Below are positions 1 to 8,823 of a stretch of DNA of 64,000 bases, piece after piece. Under the pieces are notes generated by a model. It saw only the letters and a program-made list of their open reading frames with translations. It did not search any database and was not told where the DNA came from. A program made the translations under genes and the position numbers. The stretch's first letter is position 1; every line of letters starts with the position of its first letter. This DNA is from Clostridia bacterium (GTDB taxonomy: Bacteria; Bacillota; Clostridia; Oscillospirales; CAG-272), in contig JAFTPV010000003.1 of NCBI GenBank assembly GCA_017463125.1, positions 157,190-221,189 of the forward strand, given 5' to 3'.

Positions 1-240
1 GATCTTACCAACCGCGTAAAGCTTCTCGTCGTAGTCAACCGAGAGAGGAAGGAAATCTATTCCCTCTCTGGGAGCTGCGGAGGCGGTTGCGGTTGCGAGA
101 ACGGTGGTTTCACCGTACTGAACGAGCGCTGCACCGTTTGCAAGGCCGGCAATCTTACCCGTCTTTACAACAAGGGGGCGACCTGCGAGCTCATACTTGA
201 ACTCTTTGTAATTGTCAAAAGTTTTGAAATTTTCTACCAT
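1..240 (-). CDS. pnp: Polynucleotide phosphorylase, N-terminal part (gene runs off the window)
   Basis: The reverse translation from 240 gives [53 protein letters not shown]...[23 protein letters not shown]. This is the conserved PNPase N-terminus. It lies immediately downstream of rpsO, the classical rpsO-pnp order. Confidence 0.9.
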   Translation of the reverse strand, partial: MVENFKTFDNYKEFKYELAGRPLVVKTGKIAGLANGAALVQYGETTVLATATASAAPREGIDFLPLSVDYDEKLYAVGKI

Positions 241-366
241 GTTTTTACTCCTTTGTTTTTATTTCAGAGAAGCGAACATAGCACTTAAATATCCGCTTGA
301 CAGACTCAAACACATATTTAACTGCTACTTTCGCCACTCGTATTTACTACCTTAATCCGCAACAAA

Positions 367-391
367 CGGGAACGAATAATGTCCGTTCCCG
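367..391 (-). terminator. Hairpin between rpsO and pnp (rpsO attenuator/terminator or pnp leader processing stem)
   Basis: Inverted repeat cgggaacg / cgttcccg. On the minus strand it is followed by gtttgttg. It sits in the 184-nt rpsO-pnp spacer. Confidence 0.45.
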
Positions 392-424
392 CTTATTACA
401 AATTTGCAATCTCGGGAAGTATTA

Positions 425-691
425 TTACTTTCTGAGACCGAGCTTCTTAATGATTGCTCTGTATCTTTCGATATCCTTCTTTGCAAGATATGCAAGAAGC
501 TGCTTTCTGTGACCAACCATCTTGGACAGACCTCTCTGAGAGTGGAAGTCCTTGGGGTTCTTCTTCATGTGCTCGGTGAGCTCATTGATTCTGGTTGTAA
601 GAATAGCAACCTGAACCTCGGGCGAACCTGTGTCCTGCTCATTGATCTTGTATTCAGCAATGAGGGCGGTCTTTGTTTCCTTAGAAATCAT
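425..691 (-). CDS. rpsO: 30S ribosomal protein S15
   Basis: 88-aa [58 protein letters not shown]...; full-length S15 sequence. Confidence 0.97.
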   Translation of the reverse strand: MISKETKTALIAEYKINEQDTGSPEVQVAILTTRINELTEHMKKNPKDFHSQRGLSKMVGHRKQLLAYLAKKDIERYRAIIKKLGLRK

Positions 692-822
692 TTTTCTTCA
701 CCTTTCTTAAAAATTATAGTCCCAAAACCGAGTCCAGCGCGGGTGAAAAGCACAAGCTACGCAAGGAAATTCTTCCAAACGGAGCAAGGCCATACGCAAA
801 ACCAAGCAATAGGCCAAATGGT

Positions 823-850
823 ATTATAACATACTTTTTTCTGTTTGTAA
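823..850 (-). promoter_or_regulatory. Putative sigma-A promoter of rpsO, followed by a ~130-nt leader
   Basis: On the minus strand: TTACAA, 16 nt, TATAAT (plus-strand attata at 823-828, ttgtaa at 845-850). The long leader could be an S15 autoregulatory structure, but I could not verify that. Confidence 0.4.
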
Positions 851-886
851 AGGGGTTTTACAAATTTTTTTGAAGTTTTATGTAAA

Positions 887-1603
887 TTATTTCAGAGAAA
901 GATCACGTTTTTCTTCATTCTCACTGTTTATCTGCGAAAATCTTATCGCCTTCGGCAAATTAAGTCTGAAGGCAGTAGCGAGAATACGGATAGCGAAAAC
1001 GGTAAGAGTGCAGCAGATGGCGCCCACCGCCTCGGCAGCCTCATTACCCGGCATTACCACCTTAACTATCAAGTAATAGAGCGCGGAGCCTATAATAGTA
1101 GCAACGGCATAGACGTATTTACGAAGAATAAACGGAATATCCCTTAAGATTATATCTCTGGTCAAACCGCCGAACACGGCAGATACCATACCCATAGTTA
1201 TAGCAACAAGGGGACCCATATCAACGCAGGACGCAGTTCCCATAGCGGCAAAAACGCCGATACCGATAGCGTCAAGAATATTATTTATCGCAACTACGGA
1301 GCCCTCCTCCCTGACGTACTGCTTCTTAAAAAGCATAGCGACAAGAAAGACGAAAGCCGAGGCTGCAAGGGCGATAATTAAATAAAAATTCGCATCGTCC
1401 GAACCCGAGAGCACCCAAGGTATAGGTCTGCCTATAGCCTCGCCAACGAGAATGTCGCGAAGTATCCCTCCTCCAAAGCAGGTGATAAGCGACAAGAAGA
1501 GCACACCGAAGAGATCCGCCTCTTTTTCGATAGCAACCATAGCTCCTGCCGCAGAGAAGGAAATTATGCCAATTATCTCCAAAATGCTAATAACTGTTTC
1601 CAT
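887..1603 (-). CDS. UPF0126/TRIC-type membrane protein (YicG/YadS-like cation channel family)
   Basis: Polytopic 238-aa protein with the duplicated motif GGGILRDIL ... GGLTRDIIL typical of UPF0126. It starts 14 nt after the rdgB stop. Confidence 0.75.
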   Translation of the reverse strand: METVISILEIIGIISFSAAGAMVAIEKEADLFGVLFLSLITCFGGGILRDILVGEAIGRPIPWVLSGSDDANFYLIIALAASAFVFLVAMLFKKQYVREEGSVVAINNILDAIGIGVFAAMGTASCVDMGPLVAITMGMVSAVFGGLTRDIILRDIPFILRKYVYAVATIIGSALYYLIVKVVMPGNEAAEAVGAICCTLTVFAIRILATAFRLNLPKAIRFSQINSENEEKRDLSLK

Positions 1604-1617
1604 TATTGCCTCAAAAA

Positions 1618-2199
1618 TCAGATTTTTGACAAAAGAAGATCAAGAGCTTTCGCTCTGTGACTAACCGCGTTTTTCTCCTCATCAGTCATTTCCGCAACGG
1701 TACGGCTCTCACCGTCCATAACAAAGAGAGGGTCGTAACCGAAGCCGCGCTCGCCTCTCGGAGTGTCAATTATACGGCCGTACATATAGCCCTCGGCCGT
1801 CACCTCTCTGCCGTCCGGATAAACGAGAGCTATGGCAGAGGTGTAATGCGCCGCGCGGTTCTCCTTACCTTCAAGCATCTGCAAAAGAAGGATATTATTC
1901 ATCTCATCGCTCGCGTTGCAGCACACCGCACTTGAAAAGCGCGCGCTGTAAATACCCGGCGCTCCGTCAAGAGCGTCGACGCATATTCCGCTGTCGTCAG
2001 CAAGAGCAGCAGAGCCGGTTATCTGACATATTTCCCTTGCCTTTTTCAGCGCGTTTTCCATAAAGGTCGTGCCGTCCTCAAGGGTTTCATGCCAGACGTC
2101 AGCCTCTCTGAGCGAGAGAATCTCATCGAACTTGCCCGAGAGGATTTTCTTTATTTCGCGCACCTTATGCGCGTTATTTGATGCTATTACGAGTTTCAT
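1618..2199 (-). CDS. rdgB: Non-canonical purine NTP (dITP/XTP) pyrophosphatase
   Basis: MKLVIASNNAHKVREIKKIL... and ...FGYDPLF...; Ham1/RdgB family, 193 aa. Confidence 0.9.
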   Translation of the reverse strand: MKLVIASNNAHKVREIKKILSGKFDEILSLREADVWHETLEDGTTFMENALKKAREICQITGSAALADDSGICVDALDGAPGIYSARFSSAVCCNASDEMNNILLLQMLEGKENRAAHYTSAIALVYPDGREVTAEGYMYGRIIDTPRGERGFGYDPLFVMDGESRTVAEMTDEEKNAVSHRAKALDLLLSKI

Positions 2200-2206
2200 A
2201 TCAATA

Positions 2207-3880
2207 TTAGAACAAGCCGGTTATCTTGCCGTTTTCATCAACGTCTATTCTCTCGGCGGCGGGAACCTTCGGCAGACCGGGCATCGTCATAATATCACCC
2301 GTAAGAACAACGACAAAGCCTGCACCGGCAGACACCTTAACGTTCTTTATCGTAATCTTGAATCCCTCGGGCGCGCCGAGCTTCGTAGGATCGTCGGAGA
2401 AGGAATACTGTGTCTTTGCAACGCAGATAGGAAGCTTATCAAAGCCGAGAGCGGTAAGTGCCGCTATCTGTTTCTTTGCCGCAGGGAGAACGGTTATACC
2501 GTCACCGCCGTAAATCTTCCTCGTAACAGCCTCTATCTTTTCCTCAATAGTCATATCATCACCGTAGGAGAAGGTAAAGTCGCCCTGTTCCTGCTCGCAG
2601 AGTCTGACAACCTCGCGTGCAAGCTCCTCACCGCCCTTGCCACCTTCTGCCCAAACGGTAGAAAGAATAACGTTTACACCAAGTTCTCTACATTTATTAA
2701 TAATAAACTCTATTTCGGCGTCGGTATCAGTCGGGAATCTGTTTACTGCCACAACCGAGGGAAGCTTATATACGTTCTTGATATTGGAAACGTGACGAAG
2801 AAGGTTGGGAATACCGCGCTCAAGAGCCTCGAGATTTTCTGCCGAAAGCTCGGTCTTTGCAAGGCCGCCGTGCATCTTAAGAGCTCTGACTGTTGCAACG
2901 ATAACGACGGCAGAGGGGGTAAGACCTGCCATACGGCATTTGATGTCAAGGAACTTCTCTGCTCCGAGGTCTGCGCCAAAGCCCGCCTCGGTGATAGCGT
3001 AATCTGCCATCTTCATAGCCGTTTTTGTAGCTATTACGGAATTACAGCCGTGTGCAATGTTTGCAAACGGGCCGCCGTGAACGAAGGCGGGAGTACCCTC
3101 AAGTGTCTGAACTAGGTTAGGCTTAAGCGCGTCCTTTAGGAGTGCTGTCATTGCGCCCTCCGCCTTGAGATCACCTGCGGTAACAGGCTTCTCGTCATAG
3201 GTGTAGCCGACTATAATGCGCGCAAGACGAGCCTTAAGGTCTGTGATAGATGAAGCAAGGCAAAGAACTGCCATAATTTCGGAGGCAACGGTAATGTCGT
3301 AGCCGTCCTCACGGGGTACGCCGTTGACTCTGCCGCCAAGTCCGTCGGTAACGAAGCGAAGCTGACGGTCGTTCATATCAACACATCTTTTCCACGTAAT
3401 GCGGCGAGGGTCAATATTCAGAGAATTGCCCTGATAAATATGGTTATCGAGCATGGCGGCAAGAAGGTTGTTTGCCGCACCTATTGCGTGAAAGTCGCCT
3501 GTGAAATGAAGGTTTATGTCCTCCATAGGAATAACCTGCGCGTATCCGCCGCCTGCGGCGCCGCCTTTAACACCGAAAACGGGGCCGAGAGAGGGCTCTC
3601 TGAGAGCTACGGCAACATTCTTACCTATACGGTGCATACCGTCTGCAAGACCGATGGTCGTAGTGGTCTTACCCTCGCCCGCTGGAGTGGGAGTTATCGC
3701 GGTAACGAGTATAAGCTTACCGTCGGGCTTGTCCTCTGAGTCGGTGATAAGCGAGAGGTCGAGCTTTGCCTTATACCTGCCGTAAAGCTCAATATATTTT
3801 TCATCAACACCCGCCTCCTTCGCAACCTCAAGTATATGCTTCGGGGTTGCGGACTGGGCTATTTCAATATCGGTCATCAT
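2207..3880 (-). CDS. fhs: Formate--tetrahydrofolate ligase
   Basis: 557 aa with [16 protein letters not shown] (P-loop), [15 protein letters not shown] and other FTHFS hallmarks. Confidence 0.97.
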   Translation of the reverse strand: MMTDIEIAQSATPKHILEVAKEAGVDEKYIELYGRYKAKLDLSLITDSEDKPDGKLILVTAITPTPAGEGKTTTTIGLADGMHRIGKNVAVALREPSLGPVFGVKGGAAGGGYAQVIPMEDINLHFTGDFHAIGAANNLLAAMLDNHIYQGNSLNIDPRRITWKRCVDMNDRQLRFVTDGLGGRVNGVPREDGYDITVASEIMAVLCLASSITDLKARLARIIVGYTYDEKPVTAGDLKAEGAMTALLKDALKPNLVQTLEGTPAFVHGGPFANIAHGCNSVIATKTAMKMADYAITEAGFGADLGAEKFLDIKCRMAGLTPSAVVIVATVRALKMHGGLAKTELSAENLEALERGIPNLLRHVSNIKNVYKLPSVVAVNRFPTDTDAEIEFIINKCRELGVNVILSTVWAEGGKGGEELAREVVRLCEQEQGDFTFSYGDDMTIEEKIEAVTRKIYGGDGITVLPAAKKQIAALTALGFDKLPICVAKTQYSFSDDPTKLGAPEGFKITIKNVKVSAGAGFVVVLTGDIMTMPGLPKVPAAERIDVDENGKITGLF

Positions 3881-3920
3881 AACGTACGCCTCCTTAAAAG
3901 GAAATATTTTAACAACTTCA

Positions 3921-3949
3921 ATTATATATTATAATTGTTTTCTTGTCAA
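3921..3949 (-). promoter_or_regulatory. Sigma-A promoter of the fhs-rdgB-UPF0126 operon
   Basis: Minus strand: TTGACA, 17 nt, TATAAT, about 40 nt upstream of the fhs ATG and its AAGGAGG RBS. Confidence 0.6.
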
Positions 3950-3964
3950 TGTTTTTTCAGAAAA

Positions 3965-3994
3965 TATTTCGACGGCATTTGATGAAAAATGCCG
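3965..3994 (-). terminator. Intrinsic terminator after the MATE gene
   Basis: Stem cggcattt / aaatgccg, followed on the minus strand by a U-rich tract. Confidence 0.55.
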
Positions 3995-4009
3995 CCGTAC
4001 TTAAGGTAT

Positions 4010-5404
4010 TCAAAAATCTTTAGCTTCTGAAAGCTTCGCCTTTACCCTTTTCCAGACGAAGAGTATTACCGCCAAAAGTCCAAGACTTGTCAGCGTCCAA
4101 GAAATCGGGTAAACAAGATACAGCGCCCACACCTCGTTTATCAATGGGAATACTAACAGTATCCACAAAAGTCTGAAAATGCATATACCGCCGATGGATA
4201 CCAGCATTGGCTGGAGAGAATATCCAAGCCCGCGAAGGAAGCCGGATAGCACCTCGTTTATCGCCCCGATGAAATAAGATGACAGCATTATGGTCATTAT
4301 CGTTTTCGCGGCGGTGAGAATCTCCGCTCTGTTAGGATCGTCGGGCGCAAGATAAAGGCTTACGAGAGGCTCGTAGAATACGAGCATTATCTGTCCTACC
4401 ACAACGCCGATAGTCACGATCTGTGCAAGAGCGATAAAAAGGGATTTTTTTATTCTGTCAGGCTTCCCTGCTCCGAGATTCTGACCGGTAAACGTCATTG
4501 CCACGTGAAGATATGTATTCATCGCCGTAGATAGGAGGACGTCAATGCTGGTTGCAATAGTGCGAGCGGAAAGAACAGGAACGGGAAAATCGTTTAATGC
4601 TCGGATAAGGAATAGATTAGTTATACCGAAGAGCGAGCCCTGAATTGCAGCCGGGATACCCATTTTGAGTATTATTCGCAAGGTTTGCTTATCAATTTTA
4701 AGCTTTTTCGGATTGAGAGAATACGCCTCGTCCTTTCTCTTAATCAAAACGACTATGACGACTATGGCAGAAAGATATTGAGAGGCAACAGTACCTATAG
4801 CAACGCCCTCAACACTCATTTCAAAGCCGAGAACAAACACAAAATTAAGTATTACGTTAAGAATTCCGCTGGCGGTAAGGGTATAAAAGGGAGTTCTCGA
4901 GTCACCTACAGAGCGCAGTATCGCCGCTCCGAAATTGTAGGTTGCGATAGCGGGAGTACCGATAAAGACTATACGAACGTACGTTAGAGCCTTCGGCATA
5001 AGGATCTCTTTTGTCCCCAAAATGTTAAGCAGCGGCTCACTCGCCAGGAGCGCGCAGACAGAAAGAAAAACACCTACAATAAATCCAAAGCAAACAGCAG
5101 TATGTGTCGCCTTTGACAACTGATCGTTATTTCTTGCTCCAAATGCCCGAGAAGCTACAACGCTGGCCCCCGCAGCAAAGCCCGTAAACAGAGCCGTAAC
5201 AAGAGCGATAAAGGTTGATGTTGAGCCTATGGCGGCAAGGGCCTCCGTGTCACCTGAAAATTTGCCCACAACCATACTGTCAGCCATACTGTAAAGCTGC
5301 TGCATAAGATTTGTCAGCATAAGCGGAATGACGAATACTACCATTTTAGAAAATATCGGACCTTCCGTTGCGTCGATATTTTTCTTTTTTACGAGGGCTA
5401 CCAT
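4010..5404 (-). CDS. MATE family efflux transporter
   Basis: 12-TM protein with a MATE-like N-terminus (GPIFSKMVVFVIPLMLTNLMQQLYSMADSMVVGKF). I prefer the ATG at 5404 (AAGGAGAC RBS) over the TTG at 5476 used by the ORF track. Confidence 0.85.
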   Translation of the reverse strand: MVALVKKKNIDATEGPIFSKMVVFVIPLMLTNLMQQLYSMADSMVVGKFSGDTEALAAIGSTSTFIALVTALFTGFAAGASVVASRAFGARNNDQLSKATHTAVCFGFIVGVFLSVCALLASEPLLNILGTKEILMPKALTYVRIVFIGTPAIATYNFGAAILRSVGDSRTPFYTLTASGILNVILNFVFVLGFEMSVEGVAIGTVASQYLSAIVVIVVLIKRKDEAYSLNPKKLKIDKQTLRIILKMGIPAAIQGSLFGITNLFLIRALNDFPVPVLSARTIATSIDVLLSTAMNTYLHVAMTFTGQNLGAGKPDRIKKSLFIALAQIVTIGVVVGQIMLVFYEPLVSLYLAPDDPNRAEILTAAKTIMTIMLSSYFIGAINEVLSGFLRGLGYSLQPMLVSIGGICIFRLLWILLVFPLINEVWALYLVYPISWTLTSLGLLAVILFVWKRVKAKLSEAKDF

Positions 5405-5558
5405 TTTTGTCTCCTTAATATTACGCGAGCCGCGCGTGAGTAACTTTATTATACTATTACTCTCCCCCTTTGTCAACCTAAAGGATTGCGAAAAACTTTT
5501 CGAAATTACTTAAATTATGCAAGGTAAAAAACTTTTGGAAAAACTTTTGAAAATCCTC

Positions 5559-5587
5559 TTGACTTTTTGCGAGTATTGTTTTATAAT
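5559..5587 (+). promoter_or_regulatory. Sigma-A promoter of yceD-rpmF
   Basis: TTGACT (5559-5564), 17 nt, TATAAT (5582-5587). Confidence 0.65.
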
Positions 5588-5653
5588 ATGATGTACGACT
5601 TTGGGTCGTAGCCTAAACTGCGCCCAAAATTCAAAAAATTAGGAGGATACCGA

Positions 5654-6208
5654 GTGAAGCTTGACTTAAGACCGCTCCTCGCGGGAGACAGACTGCTTAA
5701 ATTCGATTACGAATTACCGCTCGATATTAACTCCGAGGATTCGTCCAGTTATCTTTATGGCGTAAGTTTTCCTTCTCCCATGAAGGTTGAGGGTGATATT
5801 ACCAACACCGCCGGTTATATGCGAATGACACTTACCACGTCAGTAGACTACGTCGCCGAGTGCGCACGTTGTCTTGCGCCCGTTTCCGGTACGTTCACTC
5901 TTGATCTTGAGAAAACCTGCTCCCCGAGAGATATGCTTGGCGACCTTGATGAAAACAAGCTTGACGAATTTGCGATAATCGAGGACGGCTTCATCGACAT
6001 TGACGAGCAGCTCTACGAGCAGCTTGAGATGGAGTTCCCTATGCGTTTTCTCTGCAAGGAGGACTGCAAGGGACTGTGTCAAAGATGCGGCAAGAACTTG
6101 AACGAAGGTCCTTGCGAGTGCGATCATAAGGAGATCGACCCGCGTCTTGAGCCATTACGCAAAATTCTTGAGCAAATGAAAAAAGAAGAAGAAAATAATA
6201 AAAATTAA
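5654..6208 (+). CDS. yceD: YceD/DUF177 family protein (23S rRNA accumulation protein-like)
   Basis: GTG start 7 nt after AGGAGG. C-terminal CxxC...CxC cysteine cluster (CKGLCQRCGKNLNEGPCEC). Conserved position upstream of rpmF. Confidence 0.8.
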   Translation: MKLDLRPLLAGDRLLKFDYELPLDINSEDSSSYLYGVSFPSPMKVEGDITNTAGYMRMTLTTSVDYVAECARCLAPVSGTFTLDLEKTCSPRDMLGDLDENKLDEFAIIEDGFIDIDEQLYEQLEMEFPMRFLCKEDCKGLCQRCGKNLNEGPCECDHKEIDPRLEPLRKILEQMKKEEENNKN

Positions 6209-6255
6209 CATACTGAGAATGCGTGTCAGCATGCTCAAAACAGGAGGTTACAAAG

Positions 6256-6450
6256 ATGGCAGTACCGAAGAGAAAGGTTTCTCATTCCAGAAAGATGAAG
6301 AGACGTTCAAGCGTTTGGAAGCTCGAAACACCTACTAACATTGTAAAATGTCCTCAGTGCGGCGAGTCTATTCTTGCATACCGCGTATGCAACGCTTGCG
6401 GCTACTACAAGGGCGCGGAGATCGTTTCCAAAGCCGAAGAGACAAAGTAA
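6256..6450 (+). CDS. rpmF: 50S ribosomal protein L32
   Basis: MAVPKRKVSHSRKMKRRS... with a CPQCGE...CNACG zinc ribbon. The ORF-track start at 6223 is an upstream extension. Confidence 0.95.
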   Translation: MAVPKRKVSHSRKMKRRSSVWKLETPTNIVKCPQCGESILAYRVCNACGYYKGAEIVSKAEETK

Positions 6451-6467
6451 TTTTGTCTGAAAATTAT

Positions 6468-6511
6468 GCGGTTGTTCTTACCTTGTAGGTTTGTGCAACC
6501 GCTAGTTTTTT
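6468..6511 (+). terminator. Intrinsic terminator after rpmF
   Basis: gcggttg ... caaccgc stem followed by tagtttttt. Confidence 0.55.
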
Positions 6512-6543
6512 AATTATTCATTACTCCGAAAGGATATCCTAAG

Positions 6544-7887
6544 TTGAAGGCTACAAGCGTAACAAGGTTTTTTAATTATAGGGTCGAAGAGGGACAGAAT
6601 CCTTATATTGGATTTATGAGCTTCCAGCATTTCAGGGGCGAAAAAATGTACTCCGACATTGTCGTAACCCAGGAAGCGAATATGACCGAAACAGAGCGGG
6701 TAGAATGCTACCCTATATCAGATGACGCTGAAGAAAACGGCAGAGCCGAGGGATATTATCCCGACACTACCGTCGTATACATAAGGGTTTTGTGGAAGGA
6801 GTTTGAGCCGCGTCGCGGTGAATATAACTACGCATTTATCGAGGATATAATCGATAAGGCGAGGGCACACGGACAGACTCTTATTTTCAGACTTATGGCG
6901 CACAGCACAAGAGCTCGCGACGACGTTCCCGACTGGCTAAAGGAGCTGATTCCCTGCCCCGAGCGTCCCGACGGAATGAGAGTCAAGGCCTCTCCGACAC
7001 ACCCGTTGTTTCTTGAGCTGTTTCTCGAGGCGGTAAAGCGCCTCGGTGAGAGATTTGACAGCTGCCCCACCTTTGAGGCGATAGATATTTCCCTTCCGGG
7101 CGCATGGGGCGAGGGCTGCTATCTTAATCTGTATCCGGACGATGTTCTGGAACGAATCGTTGACGCATATACGTCCGTTTTTAAGAATACGCAGCTTATG
7201 ACACAGCTATCAAGACCGAACCTTATCCGCCATGCAGAAAGCACGGTAGGTCTGAAGCTCGGTTGGCGTGGCGACGGACTTGGCGATCCACATCATATGA
7301 CAGAATTCTATCCGAACAAAATCGAGGCGATTTCTGAAAACTGGAAAACAGCTCCCGTTTCCTTTGAGGCATATTGGTGGCTTAGCGAATGGATGCGTCA
7401 GGGCTGGGACATAGACGACATAATTCAAAAAACTCTTGAATGGCATATCAGCTCCTTCAACGGAAAGTCTATGCCCGTGCCTTACGAGTGGCGCGACAAG
7501 GTGGACTACTGGATAAGCCGTATGGGATATCACTTTACAATAGACAGTCTTACGTGTGAGGACACCGTATCTGGCGGCTCTGATTTTTCAGCGGTTCTTT
7601 GCGTTGATAACGTTGGTGTTGCCCCTATATACAAGGCTATTTCGCTTAAGTTCAGACTGAAAAACGACGCACGTGAATACGTATTTGATACGGAGATAGA
7701 TATACGCAAATGGCTCCCCGGTAAGTATTCGGAGAATGTCACGTTCACCATTCCTAAAGATATTATGGCAGGTGAGTACTCTCTTGACGTCGGAATCATC
7801 TCCGAGCAGTTCCCTGTTATATATCTTGCTACCGATGCGGTGCGCGACGGCGCTTATTACAAGCTGACAAATATCACCGTAAAATAA
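6544..7887 (+). CDS. Glycoside-hydrolase-like TIM-barrel protein (DUF4832-type), cytoplasmic
   Basis: 447 aa with no signal peptide. The segment VVYIRVLWKEFEPRRGEYNYAFIEDIIDKARAHGQTLIFRLMAH resembles GH42/DUF4832-type hydrolases. Assigned by resemblance only. Confidence 0.45.
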   Translation: MKATSVTRFFNYRVEEGQNPYIGFMSFQHFRGEKMYSDIVVTQEANMTETERVECYPISDDAEENGRAEGYYPDTTVVYIRVLWKEFEPRRGEYNYAFIEDIIDKARAHGQTLIFRLMAHSTRARDDVPDWLKELIPCPERPDGMRVKASPTHPLFLELFLEAVKRLGERFDSCPTFEAIDISLPGAWGEGCYLNLYPDDVLERIVDAYTSVFKNTQLMTQLSRPNLIRHAESTVGLKLGWRGDGLGDPHHMTEFYPNKIEAISENWKTAPVSFEAYWWLSEWMRQGWDIDDIIQKTLEWHISSFNGKSMPVPYEWRDKVDYWISRMGYHFTIDSLTCEDTVSGGSDFSAVLCVDNVGVAPIYKAISLKFRLKNDAREYVFDTEIDIRKWLPGKYSENVTFTIPKDIMAGEYSLDVGIISEQFPVIYLATDAVRDGAYYKLTNITVK

Positions 7888-7999
7888 AATTACCCGAATA
7901 AAAAGCTACGAGGACTGCCGTCTTTGCGGCTTTTATTTTTGCTGTATCAGGGGCGGTAAATTTTAATAAAAATATTTTTATAAAAAAGTGAAAAAACTC

Positions 8000-8028
8000 T
8001 TGACAAACCGATTTAGTTCTGCTATAAT
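8000..8028 (+). promoter_or_regulatory. Consensus sigma-A promoter of the tRNA-Thr/tRNA-Tyr operon
   Basis: TTGACA (8000-8005), 17 nt, TATAAT (8023-8028); the tRNA starts 16 nt later. Confidence 0.75.
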
Positions 8029-8043
8029 AGTATGCGTCACGAC

Positions 8044-8118
8044 GCTGGTGTGGCTCAATGGCAGAGCAGCTGATTTGTAATCAGCAGGTTGATGGTTCGA
8101 CTCCGTTCACCAGCTCCA
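8044..8118 (+). tRNA. tRNA-Thr (anticodon UGU), CCA encoded
   Basis: Cloverleaf folded by hand. Acceptor GCTGGTG/CACCAGC, D arm gctc-aatggca-gagc, anticodon arm gctga-TTTGTAA-tcagc, T loop TTCGACT, 3' TCCA. Confidence 0.85.
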
Positions 8119-8125
8119 TAGGTAT

Positions 8126-8210
8126 GGGGGAATTCCCGAGCGGCCAAAGGGGGCAGACTGTAAATCTGTTGTCACTGACTTCGCTGGTCCGAATCCAGCT
8201 TCCCCCACCA
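8126..8210 (+). tRNA. tRNA-Tyr (anticodon GUA), class II with long variable arm, CCA encoded
   Basis: Acceptor GGGGGAA/TTCCCCC, anticodon loop CTGTAAA, long variable arm, T arm gctgg-TCCGAAT-ccagc, 3' ACCA. The T loop reads TCCGAAT, not TTCGAAT (see findings). Confidence 0.8.
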
Positions 8211-8220
8211 AATAAAAATG

Positions 8221-8246
8221 CCGACCCTTGAGGTCGGTATTTTTAT
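8221..8246. terminator. Bidirectional intrinsic terminator after the tRNA pair
   Basis: ccgacc-cttga-ggtcgg, flanked by an A-run upstream (aaataaaaat) and a T-run downstream (tatttttattt). Confidence 0.75.
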
Positions 8247-8253
8247 TTGGTAA

Positions 8254-8381
8254 GGGAGCTGGGCGAGCACCTGCGGCGACGAAGTCGCACGCTGTGCCGC
8301 ATACTCCGCTTGGAGATCGACAAGCTCGCTTGTCAGGCGAAAAGCATGAGTATCTTCGCCTGCGAATACCCAGCTTTCCCC
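8254..8381 (-). ncRNA. Candidate structured small RNA of unknown class (strand tentative)
   Basis: GC-rich island in AT-rich spacer. It has nested helices: gggagctggg/cccagct(tt)ccc, gcgagc/gctcgc, tgcggc/gccgca, ctcc-gctt-ggag and caggcgaa/ttcgcctg. On the minus strand it is preceded by TATAAT (plus 8413-8418) and followed by the 8221-8246 terminator. Confidence 0.3.
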
Positions 8382-8497
8382 TTTTATATTACTCTGTCTA
8401 ACAAGTTAAATGATTATACTTATAGACCGAAAATATAGGAATTTCTCAAACAAATTTGTTTGTTTTCTACATTTTTTTGTTTTTTTCATCAAACCTA

Positions 8498-8526
8498 TTG
8501 CAAAATGGAATAATTTATAGTATAAT
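8498..8526 (+). promoter_or_regulatory. Sigma-A promoter of the glycine-riboswitch/agcS transcript
   Basis: TTGCAA (8498-8503), 17 nt, TATAAT (8521-8526). Confidence 0.7.
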
Positions 8527-8549
8527 GTAACACATAAAACAGAATATTC

Positions 8550-8717
8550 CGGTTGAAGCGTTCGGGAAATTGCGTTTTTCGCATCCGAAGGAGTAACACT
8601 CTCAGGTGTCCATTTGGGACGGGACCGTACGCGGACGGAGCTTTGGAGAATCTCATTAAATTGAGTGCCGAAGGTGAAAACGCAAAAAGCGTGAATCTCT
8701 CAGGCAAAAGGACAAGG
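8550..8717 (+). promoter_or_regulatory. Tandem glycine riboswitch (two aptamers)
   Basis: Aptamer 1: ...CCGAAGGAGUAACACUCUCAGGUGUCC...GGGAC. Aptamer 2: UGGAGAAUCUC...GCCGAAGGUGAAAACGC...AAUCUCUCAGGCAAAAGGACAAGG. These match the conserved glycine-aptamer cores (ACCGAAGGGGCAA / CUCUCAGGCAAAAGGAC). The element lies upstream of an alanine/glycine:cation symporter, a classical context. Confidence 0.8.
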
Positions 8718-8768
8718 TTATTTTATTTTCATACGTTTATTTTAGTATGGATGATTTTTGTACTTTTG

Positions 8769-8797
8769 GCAGATCGCTTTTTGCGGTCTGCTTTTTA
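8769..8797 (+). terminator. Expression-platform terminator of the glycine riboswitch
   Basis: gcagatcgc-ttttt-gcggtctgc followed by tttttatt, 27 nt upstream of the agcS ATG. Confidence 0.6.
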
Positions 8798-8823
8798 TTA
8801 TTTTATTTAACGGAGGAAAAACT

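Noticed and set aside
7888-8250. A possible integration hotspot or mobile element next to the tRNA-Thr/tRNA-Tyr pair.
   Set aside because: There is no integrase, no direct repeat of a tRNA 3' end and no phage or IS genes within the window. The nearest decayed genes (10.5-11.3 kb) are separated from the tRNAs by an intact riboswitch-agcS unit.
8254-8381. Identity of the structured element as SRP (4.5S) RNA, 6S RNA or a third tRNA.
   Set aside because: I could not find the SRP domain-IV motif (GGAA tetraloop with AGCA/GCA symmetric loop). It is too short and too branched for 6S, and no tRNA cloverleaf or T-loop can be drawn. It is left as unknown.
8247-8438. A 63-aa ORF in the tRNA/riboswitch spacer.
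   Set aside because: It has no SD. Its start is inside the terminator T-run, the sequence is Arg/Leu/Cys-rich, and the DNA folds into nested helices. It is treated as a candidate RNA element instead.
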